Positions 45,882 to 55,590 of a DNA stretch of 64,000 bases are shown here, piece by piece; the first letter of the stretch is position 1; every line of letters begins with the position of its first letter. The notes beneath the pieces were generated by a model. It saw nothing but the letters and a program-made list of their open reading frames with translations, ran no database searches and was not told where the DNA came from. The translations under genes were made by a program, and so were the position numbers. Source of the stretch: Candidatus Berkelbacteria bacterium RIFCSPLOWO2_01_FULL_50_28 (GTDB taxonomy: Bacteria > Patescibacteriota > UBA1384 > 2-12-FULL-50-11); the NCBI GenBank assembly GCA_001774395.1, contig MEZX01000002.1:96753-160752 (forward strand). The letters are read 5' to 3'.

Positions 45882-47000
45882 TTAACGGGTGGCCGACGTG
45901 CTCTTAAGGGCTTCGGCTAATTTTTCAACGTTGACGCTAAGGTCAAACTCTTCTGCTATTTTAGCACGCGCCAGGCGTCCTAGCTCTTTGATTTTTACCG
46001 GATCGTTAATTAAGCCGAGAAGCTTAGTCTCTAGATCACCAAGATTTCCTGGCTCAAAGAACAGCCCTTCGTTCTTGTCGAGTAGAATTTTGTTGCCACC
46101 AACGTTACTGACCAAGCAAGCGCAACCGGCGGCCATGGCTTCCATGATGGCGTTGGAGAGACCTTCGGAGAGCGACGGCATCACGAAAATATCAAACATC
46201 TTGTCTAGGCCGGCAACGTCTTTGCGTGAGCCTAAGAAGTGGATCTGCGGGTGCTGAAAAGCTTTAAGCGCCTCTTCGGCTTTCTCCTTCGGACCGGCAA
46301 AAAAGAAATGCAGATTCGGTCGTTTGCCAACCATCTTCATCGCCACGGTGGCCAAATCGTACCAGCCCTTCACCGATTCCAGTCGGCCAACGTAGCCGAC
46401 CCAAATATCGCCCGGTTTTTTCTTCAGGTCGCTTGGCGCCGCGACAGCGTCGAACTTATCGAGCTCTAGGCCGTTGTGAATGACAGTGTAATTGAGGCCG
46501 AGACGTTTGGCGTCTTCCACCAGCCCTTCATGTAATAGCACGACCTTATCGGCTGCTTTCATAATTCGGTTACCTACCAGCCGTGCATAGATAATCATCA
46601 CCAAGCCAACCAGCTTGCTTCTAGGAAACCAATTCACACCTGGGAAGGTATCGGTTTGCACAACCACTTTCTTGCCCATACGCTTCAAGGGCCAGATCGA
46701 GAGCGACGACCAGAACATATGTTTATTAATCAAAAAGGCGTCTGGTGACTCGGTGCGCACTAAACGTCGTACCGCTCCGTAAAGTCCGGGAATGATACTG
46801 AAGTTAACAGGGTCGGGTATAAACCAGTCCTTGATACGATGGATAGTCAAATTTGGTACCGGTCGCTCAACCGCGGCTTTTACTCCAGTAGTTAGTACAA
46901 CCACCTGATGATGCCGAGCCAACTCGAAGGCAGTCTTCTGACCAGAGATCATCCAACGATGCGGTTCGTCAAAATAAGGCACCACAACGAGGATTTTCAT
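45882..47000 (-). CDS. GT4 glycosyltransferase
   Basis: IHNG, VGRLESVKG, EGLSNAIMEAMAAG. Confidence 0.92.
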   Translation of the reverse strand: MKILVVVPYFDEPHRWMISGQKTAFELARHHQVVVLTTGVKAAVERPVPNLTIHRIKDWFIPDPVNFSIIPGLYGAVRRLVRTESPDAFLINKHMFWSSLSIWPLKRMGKKVVVQTDTFPGVNWFPRSKLVGLVMIIYARLVGNRIMKAADKVVLLHEGLVEDAKRLGLNYTVIHNGLELDKFDAVAAPSDLKKKPGDIWVGYVGRLESVKGWYDLATVAMKMVGKRPNLHFFFAGPKEKAEEALKAFQHPQIHFLGSRKDVAGLDKMFDIFVMPSLSEGLSNAIMEAMAAGCACLVSNVGGNKILLDKNEGLFFEPGNLGDLETKLLGLINDPVKIKELGRLARAKIAEEFDLSVNVEKLAEALKSTSATR

Positions 47001-47004
47001 CTAC

Positions 47005-48300
47005 CTACAGCGACCAGTAGACGCCGTTTTTGCCAACAATGTCGGCCGGAAAGAAGCTTTTCACGTCGATAACAACTGGCTTATCGTCGCCGAAGAGTTT
47101 TTTCATCTCGGTTTGGTCGAACTTCTTGAACTCATCGTGACCGACGGAAAGGATCACAGCGTCAAACTTCGCCCCTTCCGGCAGCTCGGCGTAGAACGGA
47201 AATTCGGAGTAGTCGTGCAGATCGTCTTTATTAACCACGGGGTCGTAACCGTAGATTTTAACCTTCAGGCGTTGCAGCTCGCGGATGGTGTCAGCGATCT
47301 TGGAATTGCGGGCATCGGTGCAGTTTTCTTTGAAGGTGAGCCCCATTACTAAGACTTTCGCGCCCTTAATTTGTTTTTCGGCGTCAATCAAGCTTTCAAC
47401 TGTCGCTTGGGCAACGTGCGCCGCCATCGAGTCGTTAATACGTCGTCCAGCCGTAAGCACTTGAGTGTGAATACCCAACTGCGCCGCTTTATGGACCAGG
47501 TAATACGGGTCAACGCCGATGCAATGGCCGCCGACTAGGCCCGGGGTGTAGCGGACAATATTCCACTTGGTGGTGGCAGCGTCGATCACGTCGAGCGTCT
47601 TGATGCCCATTTTCTCGCAGATCAAAGACAGCTCGTTCATCAGGGCGATATTAATGTCGCGCTGGCAGTTCTCGATAACTTTGGAAGTTTCGGCGGTTTT
47701 GATATTCGGCGCTCTGTGAATTCCGGCGGTAACGATTGAGCCGTAGAGCTCGCTTAAGGTGTCCAGTGTCTCAGGCGTGGAGCCGGACACAACCTTGACG
47801 ATTTTTGGAATGGTGTGCTCTTTGTCACCCGGGTTAACGCGCTCTGGCGAGTAGCCAACCGTAAAATCGCGGTTGTATTTCAGACCGGATTCCTTTTCCA
47901 GAATCGGCACGCACTCATCTTCGGTCGCGCCGGGGTAGACGGTCGATTCGAAAGTAACGATGGCGCCTTTTTTCATATTCTTTCCTACATCGGCACTGGC
48001 AAAGTGCAGAATTGATAGATCTGGGATGTTGGCCGAATCAACTGGTGTGGGGACGGCAACGATTACAATATCCGCTTCGTTGATGCGCTTGGCGTTGCTC
48101 GTCAAGTCAAGCTTGGCCGCTTCAACCTCCTCGATATCAACCTCGCCCATGCTCTCGATTCCCTTGCCGAGCTCCGCAATTTTGCGCTCGCTCTTGTCGT
48201 AACCAATCACGTGGTAACCAACTTTGCCAAACTCAACGGCTAGCGGCAAGCCGACGTAACCAAGACCTACAACTGCCAGGACGGGTTTTGTTTGTGACAT
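47005..48300 (-). CDS. UDP-N-acetylhexosamine 6-dehydrogenase (TviB/WbpO-like)
   Basis: GLGYVGLPLA, ESTVYPG, YSPERVNPGD, GGHCIGVDPYY, GLTFKENC. Confidence 0.92.
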   Translation of the reverse strand: MSQTKPVLAVVGLGYVGLPLAVEFGKVGYHVIGYDKSERKIAELGKGIESMGEVDIEEVEAAKLDLTSNAKRINEADIVIVAVPTPVDSANIPDLSILHFASADVGKNMKKGAIVTFESTVYPGATEDECVPILEKESGLKYNRDFTVGYSPERVNPGDKEHTIPKIVKVVSGSTPETLDTLSELYGSIVTAGIHRAPNIKTAETSKVIENCQRDINIALMNELSLICEKMGIKTLDVIDAATTKWNIVRYTPGLVGGHCIGVDPYYLVHKAAQLGIHTQVLTAGRRINDSMAAHVAQATVESLIDAEKQIKGAKVLVMGLTFKENCTDARNSKIADTIRELQRLKVKIYGYDPVVNKDDLHDYSEFPFYAELPEGAKFDAVILSVGHDEFKKFDQTEMKKLFGDDKPVVIDVKSFFPADIVGKNGVYWSL

Positions 48301-48305
48301 CTTAT

Positions 48306-49256
48306 TTACTCCTTTACAAAATGATGCAGGTTATTTTTATACCAATCAATGTAACGTTTAACCCCTTCCTCAAGATCAACCCGTGGCGCCCAATCCAGGA
48401 ATTTCTGCGTTTCCGAGGTATCGGGGAAGTTGCGTCTTGGTTCGGGCGCGACAAGCGCCTCGTAAACTATCTCCACCTTGCCCGGCACCAGGCGCTTGAT
48501 CGCTTCAACTATATCGAGGATCGAGTACTCGTTCGGGTTGGCGACATGAAGGATCCGATTTTTTGGTACTTTCGCGCTGACGGCCTTAATAGTCGCCTCG
48601 ACAGCGTCATCAACATAGGTGTAGTTTCGGAGCTGTTTCCCGTCGCCGTAGACGGTCAACGGCTTGCCCTGGAAAGCGAGCATCACAAGTTTGGCGATGA
48701 CTGCGGGGTAGTCGAGATTACCCTTTTGGCGCGGACCGTAAATGCTAAAGTATCTTAAAATTGTAATATTTTGGTCGTAAAGATCGTTGTAAATTTTGGC
48801 GTACATCTCGCCCACGGCTTTACCGACACCGTACGGGTGAAGCGGGTTGTAAGGAGTATCGGCAGTTAGGGTTCCTTCGCTACCGCCAAGAACTGACGAG
48901 CTCGAGACAAAAACAATTCCTCTTGTAACTTTGGCCTGCCGAGCGGCCTCAAAAACATTCAGCGTGCCGGTAGCGTTCGCCGCATGTGCCCCGAGCGGGT
49001 CGGCAATTGAACGCCCAGCGCGATTCATAGCCGCTAGGTGAAAAACAGTATCTTGTCCCTTAAATATGTCTTTGATTGCGTCGTAACTTGCGATGTCAAC
49101 CTGGTGAAAATCAACGCCAAGCGTTTTGATATGGGCTAGATTGTCATCGCCTGCACTTAAATTATCGATTACAGTTACCTTGTGGCCGTCCTTGATTAAT
49201 CTGTCGGCAAGGTGAGAACCAATAAAACCAGCTCCGCCGGTGATTAGCGCTTTCAT
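48306..49256 (-). CDS. NAD-dependent epimerase/dehydratase
   Basis: TGGAGFIGSH, YGVGK (YxxxK), YGPRQ, GDGKQLR. Confidence 0.92.
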   Translation of the reverse strand: MKALITGGAGFIGSHLADRLIKDGHKVTVIDNLSAGDDNLAHIKTLGVDFHQVDIASYDAIKDIFKGQDTVFHLAAMNRAGRSIADPLGAHAANATGTLNVFEAARQAKVTRGIVFVSSSSVLGGSEGTLTADTPYNPLHPYGVGKAVGEMYAKIYNDLYDQNITILRYFSIYGPRQKGNLDYPAVIAKLVMLAFQGKPLTVYGDGKQLRNYTYVDDAVEATIKAVSAKVPKNRILHVANPNEYSILDIVEAIKRLVPGKVEIVYEALVAPEPRRNFPDTSETQKFLDWAPRVDLEEGVKRYIDWYKNNLHHFVKE

Positions 49257-49334
49257 GCCCAGTTAGAATAACAGAGCCAGTAATCTTTGTCGAGCCTGTT
49301 AAGTTACAGCCCGTTAGGCTAGAATACAGCTACT

Positions 49335-50453
49335 ATGGCAAGAATAGCTCTTGACGCGCGCTTCTATCGAGCCGGTACCGGTGGGATCGGTCGTTACAGC
49401 CGCAATCTACTCGGGGAGCTATTGAAGATTGACCGAGAGAATCATTACACAGCGATCATTACCCCCGAAGACGAAGCAGAGTTTGATCTCAGGGCCCCGA
49501 ATTTAGATAAGCTAGTAGCGCCGATAAGGCAGTACACGATGGCCGAGCAGACTAAATTTCTCTCAATTCTGAATGCCCAGAAGTTCGATCTAGTTCACTT
49601 TACAAACTTTAACCACCCAATTCTTTACCGACGGCCGTTTGTGGTGACGGTTCACGATCTGATTATGGGCCTCTACCCGACCGGGGCGCAGAAGAAGTCT
49701 CGAGTGCGCCGCGCCGCGTACAGGTGGGTGATGAACGACTGCAAACGGGCGCGTAGGATTATCGTTCCCAGCCAAGCCACTCGCAACGACTTGGTAACTA
49801 TGTACAAGTTTCCTTATGACAACATGGCCGTGACACCGGAAGCCAGCGAGCCACTTTTTCGCGAACACACCGAGAGAGAAAAGTTAGCCATCAAAGAGCG
49901 ACTCGGGCTGCCGAAAAAATATCTCCTGTTCGTTTCCCGCTGGGAGGCCTACAAAGGCCTACCGGTTCTGCTTGAAGCTTACCGGCAACTGACCAGGCAG
50001 TGGCCCGATCTTGGGCTCGTGATCTGCGGCAAGCCGAGCGCCCAAAACCCAGAGGTCGCCCTACTTGTAGAAGCGGCGCAGAGCAATAACTCCAAGATTG
50101 TGACGCCAGGTTTTGTAAGCGATGAGGACTTGGCGGCCGTCTACGCCGCCGCCGAAATTTACGTCCACCCGAGTAGCTATGAGGGTTTCGGTATAATGAT
50201 TTTGGAGGCCTTCGCCTCCGGAGTGCCGGTGGTAACAAGCAATACTTCGAGTTTGCCGGAAGTTGTCGGCAACGCCGGGTTATTGGTTGACCCAAAAAAT
50301 CCAGACGAGTTGACCAATGCGGTTGAAAAAATCTTGACCGACAAAAAAATGGCTGACGATTTGCGCGCGAAAGGTTTTGAACGCGTCAAACAATACTCTT
50401 GGGCCAAAATGGCCGCCCAAACGCTGGAAATTTACAAAGAAGTTTTGGGGTAA
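49335..50453 (+). CDS. GT4 glycosyltransferase (MtfB-like)
   Basis: GIGRY, TVHDL, PSSYEGFG..ILEAFASGVPVVTSNTSSLPEV. Confidence 0.92.
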   Translation: MARIALDARFYRAGTGGIGRYSRNLLGELLKIDRENHYTAIITPEDEAEFDLRAPNLDKLVAPIRQYTMAEQTKFLSILNAQKFDLVHFTNFNHPILYRRPFVVTVHDLIMGLYPTGAQKKSRVRRAAYRWVMNDCKRARRIIVPSQATRNDLVTMYKFPYDNMAVTPEASEPLFREHTEREKLAIKERLGLPKKYLLFVSRWEAYKGLPVLLEAYRQLTRQWPDLGLVICGKPSAQNPEVALLVEAAQSNNSKIVTPGFVSDEDLAAVYAAAEIYVHPSSYEGFGIMILEAFASGVPVVTSNTSSLPEVVGNAGLLVDPKNPDELTNAVEKILTDKKMADDLRAKGFERVKQYSWAKMAAQTLEIYKEVLG

Positions 50454-50505
50454 AGAAAAGGCCGCGATCTCTGACCGCGGCGCTTTGTTGGATTCGAAGC
50501 AGGAG

Positions 50506-51060
50506 CTACTCGTTGGTCCGACGGTTTGCCAGCCACACTAGTGGCAGGCCAAGCCAGATCCAAAACGGGTCGACGATGGTGACAGCAATGAGTACCGTCT
50601 CCATCCACTTGGAGTAGCGGATCCTCTCGCTGCTTTCGACGTCTTCCAGTTTCGGCCAGCGACCGTCAAGAAGAATGAAAGCCCAGCGAAGGGTGTACTT
50701 GACCCTCCAGCGGTGAGCCGGGTAGCTCACGATGGCTAAGGTCGGAGGCCCTTTAAGCTCGGAGCTGTTCGCCACAATGCGTCGAGCGTAATGCCACATA
50801 TCTCTTGCGGTGCAGCAAGCTCTCGCCTCAATTAGCCCAACTCGACTGCTGTACGGATCTCCGTCGAACCAACGTGAGTAGACCACTGCTTCACTCTCAC
50901 TGTAGGCGTCGCGCTGACCGCCAACTAAGTCAAACGGATCGGTCGAGAACTGGACGGCGGCTCGCAGTCTTTCGAAGCCAGGCTCGCTAGGCTCAAGCCT
51001 CTCCTGATTCCACATGCGTTTTTGTGTCCCAGCCGTTGGGACGACGATTCGTCTCTCCAC
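50506..51060 (-). CDS. Divergent YdcF/SanA (DUF218)-like protein
   Basis: RLRAAV, SESEA, EARACCTARD, IVSYPAHRWR resemble DUF218 motifs; own TTGACG-17-TAGACT promoter and AGGAG RBS. Confidence 0.5.
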   Translation of the reverse strand: MERRIVVPTAGTQKRMWNQERLEPSEPGFERLRAAVQFSTDPFDLVGGQRDAYSESEAVVYSRWFDGDPYSSRVGLIEARACCTARDMWHYARRIVANSSELKGPPTLAIVSYPAHRWRVKYTLRWAFILLDGRWPKLEDVESSERIRYSKWMETVLIAVTIVDPFWIWLGLPLVWLANRRTNE

Positions 51061-51244
51061 ATCAGTGCTCCTTTTTCAGGTCCGCCCTCTCGGGCGTACC
51101 CGAGGGTGTTAAGCGAAGTCTACCAGGTTCGAGGCCAAACGTCAAGGGATCAGGAGGGCATTTCGTGCCCCTTGTCGCACGCCTTGTAGTGAGTTAAAAT
51201 CAAACCGAGTTGAGGAGTTAAGATTTTATGGAGATCAATTAATT

Positions 51245-53257
51245 ATGACGATTGAGCAGTGGGTTTTATACGGTGCAACAGGAGCAGGGGTTCTGACGAT
51301 TCTTTATTCGTTATATCTGACGAGGTGGATTATGAAGCAATCTGCTGGCGACAAAAAGATGCAGGAGATCGCTCTGGCCATTCAGCAAGGCGCTAAGGCT
51401 TACCTAAATCGTCAGTACAAAACCGTCGGTATCGTCGCTCTAATCGCTTTTCTCTTACTCGGGTTTTTACTGAACTGGAAAATTGCCGCTGGCTTTTTGC
51501 TCGGCGCCGTTCTATCTGGGTTATGCGGCTACATTGGCATGAACGTTTCGGTTCGGGCTAACGTCCGCACGGCCGAAGCGGCCAAGAGTGGTATGAAGCA
51601 AGCCCTGAAGCTGGCCTTCCGCGGCGGCTCTGTCACCGGTTTGATGGTTGTGGGTCTCGGTCTGCTTGGCACGACCGCTTTTTATTGGATTACTAAAGAC
51701 GTCTCGGCGATGGTTGGCTTGGCGTTTGGTGGCTCATTAATTTCGATATTCGCTCGGCTTGGCGGCGGGATTTACACCAAAGCGGCTGACGTCGGAGCCG
51801 ATTTAGTGGGTAAGCTTGAAGCCGGTATTCCGGAAGACGATCCGCGTAACCCAGCGGTGATTGCTGACAACGTCGGCGATAACGTCGGCGACTGCGCCGG
51901 TATGGCCGCTGACCTGTTCGAAACGTACGTTGTGACTGCCGTGGCGGCGATGCTGCTCGGCTCAATTATTGTTCCTGGAAACCAGAACGTGGTTCTGTTC
52001 CCGCTGGCTCTCGGTGGTATATCCATTCTTACCTCGGTAATCGGCTCGTGGTTTGTACGAGTCTCCAGCGCCCCCAAACCTAGCATTATGCGAGCGATGT
52101 ATGTCGGTCTCGCGGTAGCCGCGATTTTAGCCGCAGCGGCGTTTTACCCAACGACAAAATGGCTGATGTCGGGTGTGGCCGAATTTGACTTTAATAAGCT
52201 GTTTGGCGCCGGTCTGATCGGCCTGGTGGTGACGGCATTGATGATGGTTATCACTGAATACTACACCTCGACTAAATATCGTCCGGTGCGAGCGGTGGCC
52301 AATGCCTCCGTTACCGGGCACGGCACCAATATCATCGCTGGCTTGGCCCTTTCGATGCGCTCTACAATGCTGCCAGTGATCGTTATTGCTGCGGGAACCT
52401 TGGGAGCGTTTGAACTGGCCGGACTCTACGGAGTAGCGGTTGCCGCCTTTGCGATGCTCTCCCTAACCGGAATTATCGTGGCGATTGATGCCTACGGCCC
52501 AATAACCGATAACGCTGGCGGCATTGCCGAGATGGCCGGTCTGCCGGACACTGTTCGTGTTGTAACCGACGAGCTTGATGCCGTTGGCAACACCACCAAA
52601 GCCGTTACCAAAGGCTACGCTATCGCTTCGGCCGGTCTGGCAGCGCTAGTGCTATTTGCCTCCTACACCCAAGAGATTGCCGCTCGTGGCCAAGACGTCG
52701 CCTACTCACTCTCCGACCCGTACGTGATTATTGGACTATTTATCGGTGGATTACTGCCGTATATTTTCGCGGCGATGTCGATGGAAGCGGTCGGTCGCGC
52801 CGCCGGCGCTGTCGTGGCCGAAGTTCGACGTCAGTTTAAAGAGCGCCGCGGTATTCTGGAGGGCAAGGTTAAGCCCGATTACGCCCGAGCCGTCGATATC
52901 GTTACCGGCGCGGCGCTGAAGGAGATGATCGTCCCCGCTCTATTGCCAGTTGTAATCCCTGTCTTGGTCGGTTGGCTCTTGGGCCCGGCGGCACTCGGCG
53001 GACTGCTGATTGGAGCTATCGTGACGGGCCTGTTTGTTGGACTGTCGATGACAGCTGGCGGCGCCGCTTGGGACAATGCTAAAAAGTATATCGAAGAAGG
53101 TAATCTTGGTGGCAAGGGCAGTGAAGCACATAAGGCCGCCATTACTGGTGACACCGTTGGCGATCCGTACAAAGACACCGCCGGCCCGGCTATTAACCCG
53201 CTCATCAAGATTGTCAACATCGTGGCGCTGCTGATCGTTGCCCTGGTGGTTCGTTAA
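51245..53257 (+). CDS. hppA: Membrane-bound H+-translocating pyrophosphatase
   Basis: [59 protein letters not shown]. Confidence 0.96.
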   Translation: MTIEQWVLYGATGAGVLTILYSLYLTRWIMKQSAGDKKMQEIALAIQQGAKAYLNRQYKTVGIVALIAFLLLGFLLNWKIAAGFLLGAVLSGLCGYIGMNVSVRANVRTAEAAKSGMKQALKLAFRGGSVTGLMVVGLGLLGTTAFYWITKDVSAMVGLAFGGSLISIFARLGGGIYTKAADVGADLVGKLEAGIPEDDPRNPAVIADNVGDNVGDCAGMAADLFETYVVTAVAAMLLGSIIVPGNQNVVLFPLALGGISILTSVIGSWFVRVSSAPKPSIMRAMYVGLAVAAILAAAAFYPTTKWLMSGVAEFDFNKLFGAGLIGLVVTALMMVITEYYTSTKYRPVRAVANASVTGHGTNIIAGLALSMRSTMLPVIVIAAGTLGAFELAGLYGVAVAAFAMLSLTGIIVAIDAYGPITDNAGGIAEMAGLPDTVRVVTDELDAVGNTTKAVTKGYAIASAGLAALVLFASYTQEIAARGQDVAYSLSDPYVIIGLFIGGLLPYIFAAMSMEAVGRAAGAVVAEVRRQFKERRGILEGKVKPDYARAVDIVTGAALKEMIVPALLPVVIPVLVGWLLGPAALGGLLIGAIVTGLFVGLSMTAGGAAWDNAKKYIEEGNLGGKGSEAHKAAITGDTVGDPYKDTAGPAINPLIKIVNIVALLIVALVVR

Positions 53258-53295
53258 AGCTTGCCGTCTGTGGCGCAACGGGGTAGTCTCAGGTC

Positions 53296-55071
53296 ATGAG
53301 GTGGGTAAAATTCAGACGGGTTTTAAAGCGGCATCCAGGGTTGTTTCTGATCGCTGGGGCGGTTGTCGTTTGTTACATCGGAGCGGTTGTCTGGTTTTCT
53401 GGCAGGGTTTTACCGCGTGTATACGTTGGAGAAGTAAAGCTCGGCGGTCTAACCTACGAGCAGACCGTGCAAACCCTGGCAAAGTTCAAAAAGGATTCCG
53501 TTCCAGCCTCGGTTAATCTTCTTGCCAAAGGTAAGACCAGTCGGGTCAAACCAACTGACATAGGCTGGAAAATGGACGTCGAGAAAACTGCTAAAAAAGT
53601 TTACGAACTTGGCCGGCGCGGCAGTTCGAGTCTTTTTTACCAATTCAGAGCGCCATTTGCGAAGACAACCGTCGTGCCGATCGTTGACTACGATGCGGAA
53701 CGCCTGGAAGCGGTGATAAAATCGTTCACGGTCTCGGTGGACGAGCCGGCAATCGACGCCTCGGCAACGCTCGTAGATGGAAAGGTTGTTCCTGTCAGTG
53801 ACCAACAAGGCGAAGTGATCGACTTGGAGGGTGCAAAGGCCAAGATTCTGGACCATTTCAGTAATTTTCATGGTGGCGATATAGCGCTAGAATCAGTTGT
53901 TGATTATCCCAAGATCGTACTTGGTAGCGCGGCGCTGCTGCAGAAATCGGTTCAAGAGCTAGCCAAAACAGAGCTAACTCTAACGTGGGAAGGTGGTAAA
54001 AAGAAATTGAGTAAAAATGGAATCCTGAGTCTCGTTGGGTTTGTCGGCAAGGTTCAGGGTGGGGCGAGTGACCTTGGTTTGCCCAAGGTTCTAACGGCCG
54101 CTTTTACCGATGCTCGAGTTCAAAGCTACTTGTCTAGCATCTCGGGGCTGACCGACGATCCGGTCGTTGAGCCAAAGTTAGCGATCGTTGATAAGAAGCT
54201 GACCGTTCTTAAAGCCGCCAAAGCAGGTCGTATGGTTGATTTGAAGAAATCATCTGCCAAGATACTTCTGGCTTTGCGGAAGGCCGAGCAGAAACGAACG
54301 GTGGCCTTGATACTGAGAGACAGGCCTCCGACAATAGACGTCGCAAACCTTGGTAAGCTCGGCATCATAGAACGCATCGGCTACGGCGAGACCAGCTTTT
54401 ACGGGTCACCTCCAAATCGAGTTCACAACATCACTCGTGGCGTGGAAATCTTGCAGAGTGCTTTAATCCGACCCAGGCGCGAGTTTTCGACAACTGGGAC
54501 GCTGGGTGCGGTTGATAATACTACCGGCTATTTACCAGAGCTTGTTATTAAAGAAAAGCGCACCGTACCGGAGTACGGCGGCGGGCTCTGCCAAGTTTCA
54601 ACAACCCTTTTTCGGGCAATCTTAGATGCTGGACTCAAGGTTACAGAGCGAACGGCCCACGCTTATCGAGTACCTTATTATGAGCCGCCAGTAGGCCTTG
54701 ACGCGACGATTTATATGCCCAAACCCGACTTGCGTTTCTTAAACGACACCCCTGGTAACATCCTGATCCAAGGTCAGGTGGTCGGTAACAAAGTCATTTT
54801 TGAGCTGTGGGGTACGAGCGACGGCCGCAAGTCAACAATTGGCACACCGAGAATCCTGAGCACTACCAAGCCCGGCGAGGCGATCTACGCCAAAACAGAT
54901 ACTCTGCCCGAGGGTGAAATCAAACAAGTTGAGCTAGCGCACGACGGGGCGGCGGTGTTGGTGGATTACGTTGTGACACGCAACGGCAAAACCATAATCC
55001 AGACGACGTTTAAATCGGTTTACCAAGCTTGGCCAGCACGCTACTTGGTTGGCACAAAAAAGAAGAAGTAA
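53296..55071 (+). CDS. VanW-family protein with putative peptidoglycan-binding repeats
   Basis: N-terminal TM; NRVHNI, GGGLCQVSTTLF, ERTAH, GLDATI, DLRFLNDT. Confidence 0.92.
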   Translation: MRWVKFRRVLKRHPGLFLIAGAVVVCYIGAVVWFSGRVLPRVYVGEVKLGGLTYEQTVQTLAKFKKDSVPASVNLLAKGKTSRVKPTDIGWKMDVEKTAKKVYELGRRGSSSLFYQFRAPFAKTTVVPIVDYDAERLEAVIKSFTVSVDEPAIDASATLVDGKVVPVSDQQGEVIDLEGAKAKILDHFSNFHGGDIALESVVDYPKIVLGSAALLQKSVQELAKTELTLTWEGGKKKLSKNGILSLVGFVGKVQGGASDLGLPKVLTAAFTDARVQSYLSSISGLTDDPVVEPKLAIVDKKLTVLKAAKAGRMVDLKKSSAKILLALRKAEQKRTVALILRDRPPTIDVANLGKLGIIERIGYGETSFYGSPPNRVHNITRGVEILQSALIRPRREFSTTGTLGAVDNTTGYLPELVIKEKRTVPEYGGGLCQVSTTLFRAILDAGLKVTERTAHAYRVPYYEPPVGLDATIYMPKPDLRFLNDTPGNILIQGQVVGNKVIFELWGTSDGRKSTIGTPRILSTTKPGEAIYAKTDTLPEGEIKQVELAHDGAAVLVDYVVTRNGKTIIQTTFKSVYQAWPARYLVGTKKKK

Positions 55072-55149
55072 CCAAAAAGAGCCCAGGGTCTTGACTGTCG
55101 GCCGAAAATGAGGTAAACTCAGCGCAGTTTAACAACCGGAGGTGCGTCG

Positions 55150-55479
55150 TTGCCACACGAATTATGTCGGAAGTTCGCCGCGCACGGTAATTTTATGCGC
55201 GGAAGTAAGCTGCTGAGCTACGAAGAGTGGTCGATGCTGGCTCGTTGTCTACTTGACGCAAGCAAGCAACCCAGGGAGGATCTTTTCGACGAGGCCCAGG
55301 TGCTTGGGCGGGCGAGAGAGATGGAACGTACGTATCGTACTCGGCTGCCCGAGACGAAAGCCATCGCCAAGCTCCGGGATGCGTATTATTCGGGGCTGAA
55401 GAAACTCGAGGCCTACGAGTCGCCAGCGAGGCCAGTGCCCAAGCCAGAGAAGCGCTACTATTGGCAAGATAGAGACTAA
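55150..55479 (+). CDS. Hypothetical protein
   Basis: TTGACT-17-TAAACT promoter at 55091, GGAGGTG RBS, TTG start. Confidence 0.6.
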   Translation: MPHELCRKFAAHGNFMRGSKLLSYEEWSMLARCLLDASKQPREDLFDEAQVLGRAREMERTYRTRLPETKAIAKLRDAYYSGLKKLEAYESPARPVPKPEKRYYWQDRD

Positions 55480-55590
55480 CAGCTTTCTCCCAAAGCCGCC
55501 GCGTCCTGAGGACTAGCAGGCCGGCGGCCCGATTTCTTTCCCTCGCTTACCCTCACGTGGGGTCGTCGGCAGACAGCTGCTCGGCGGCCC

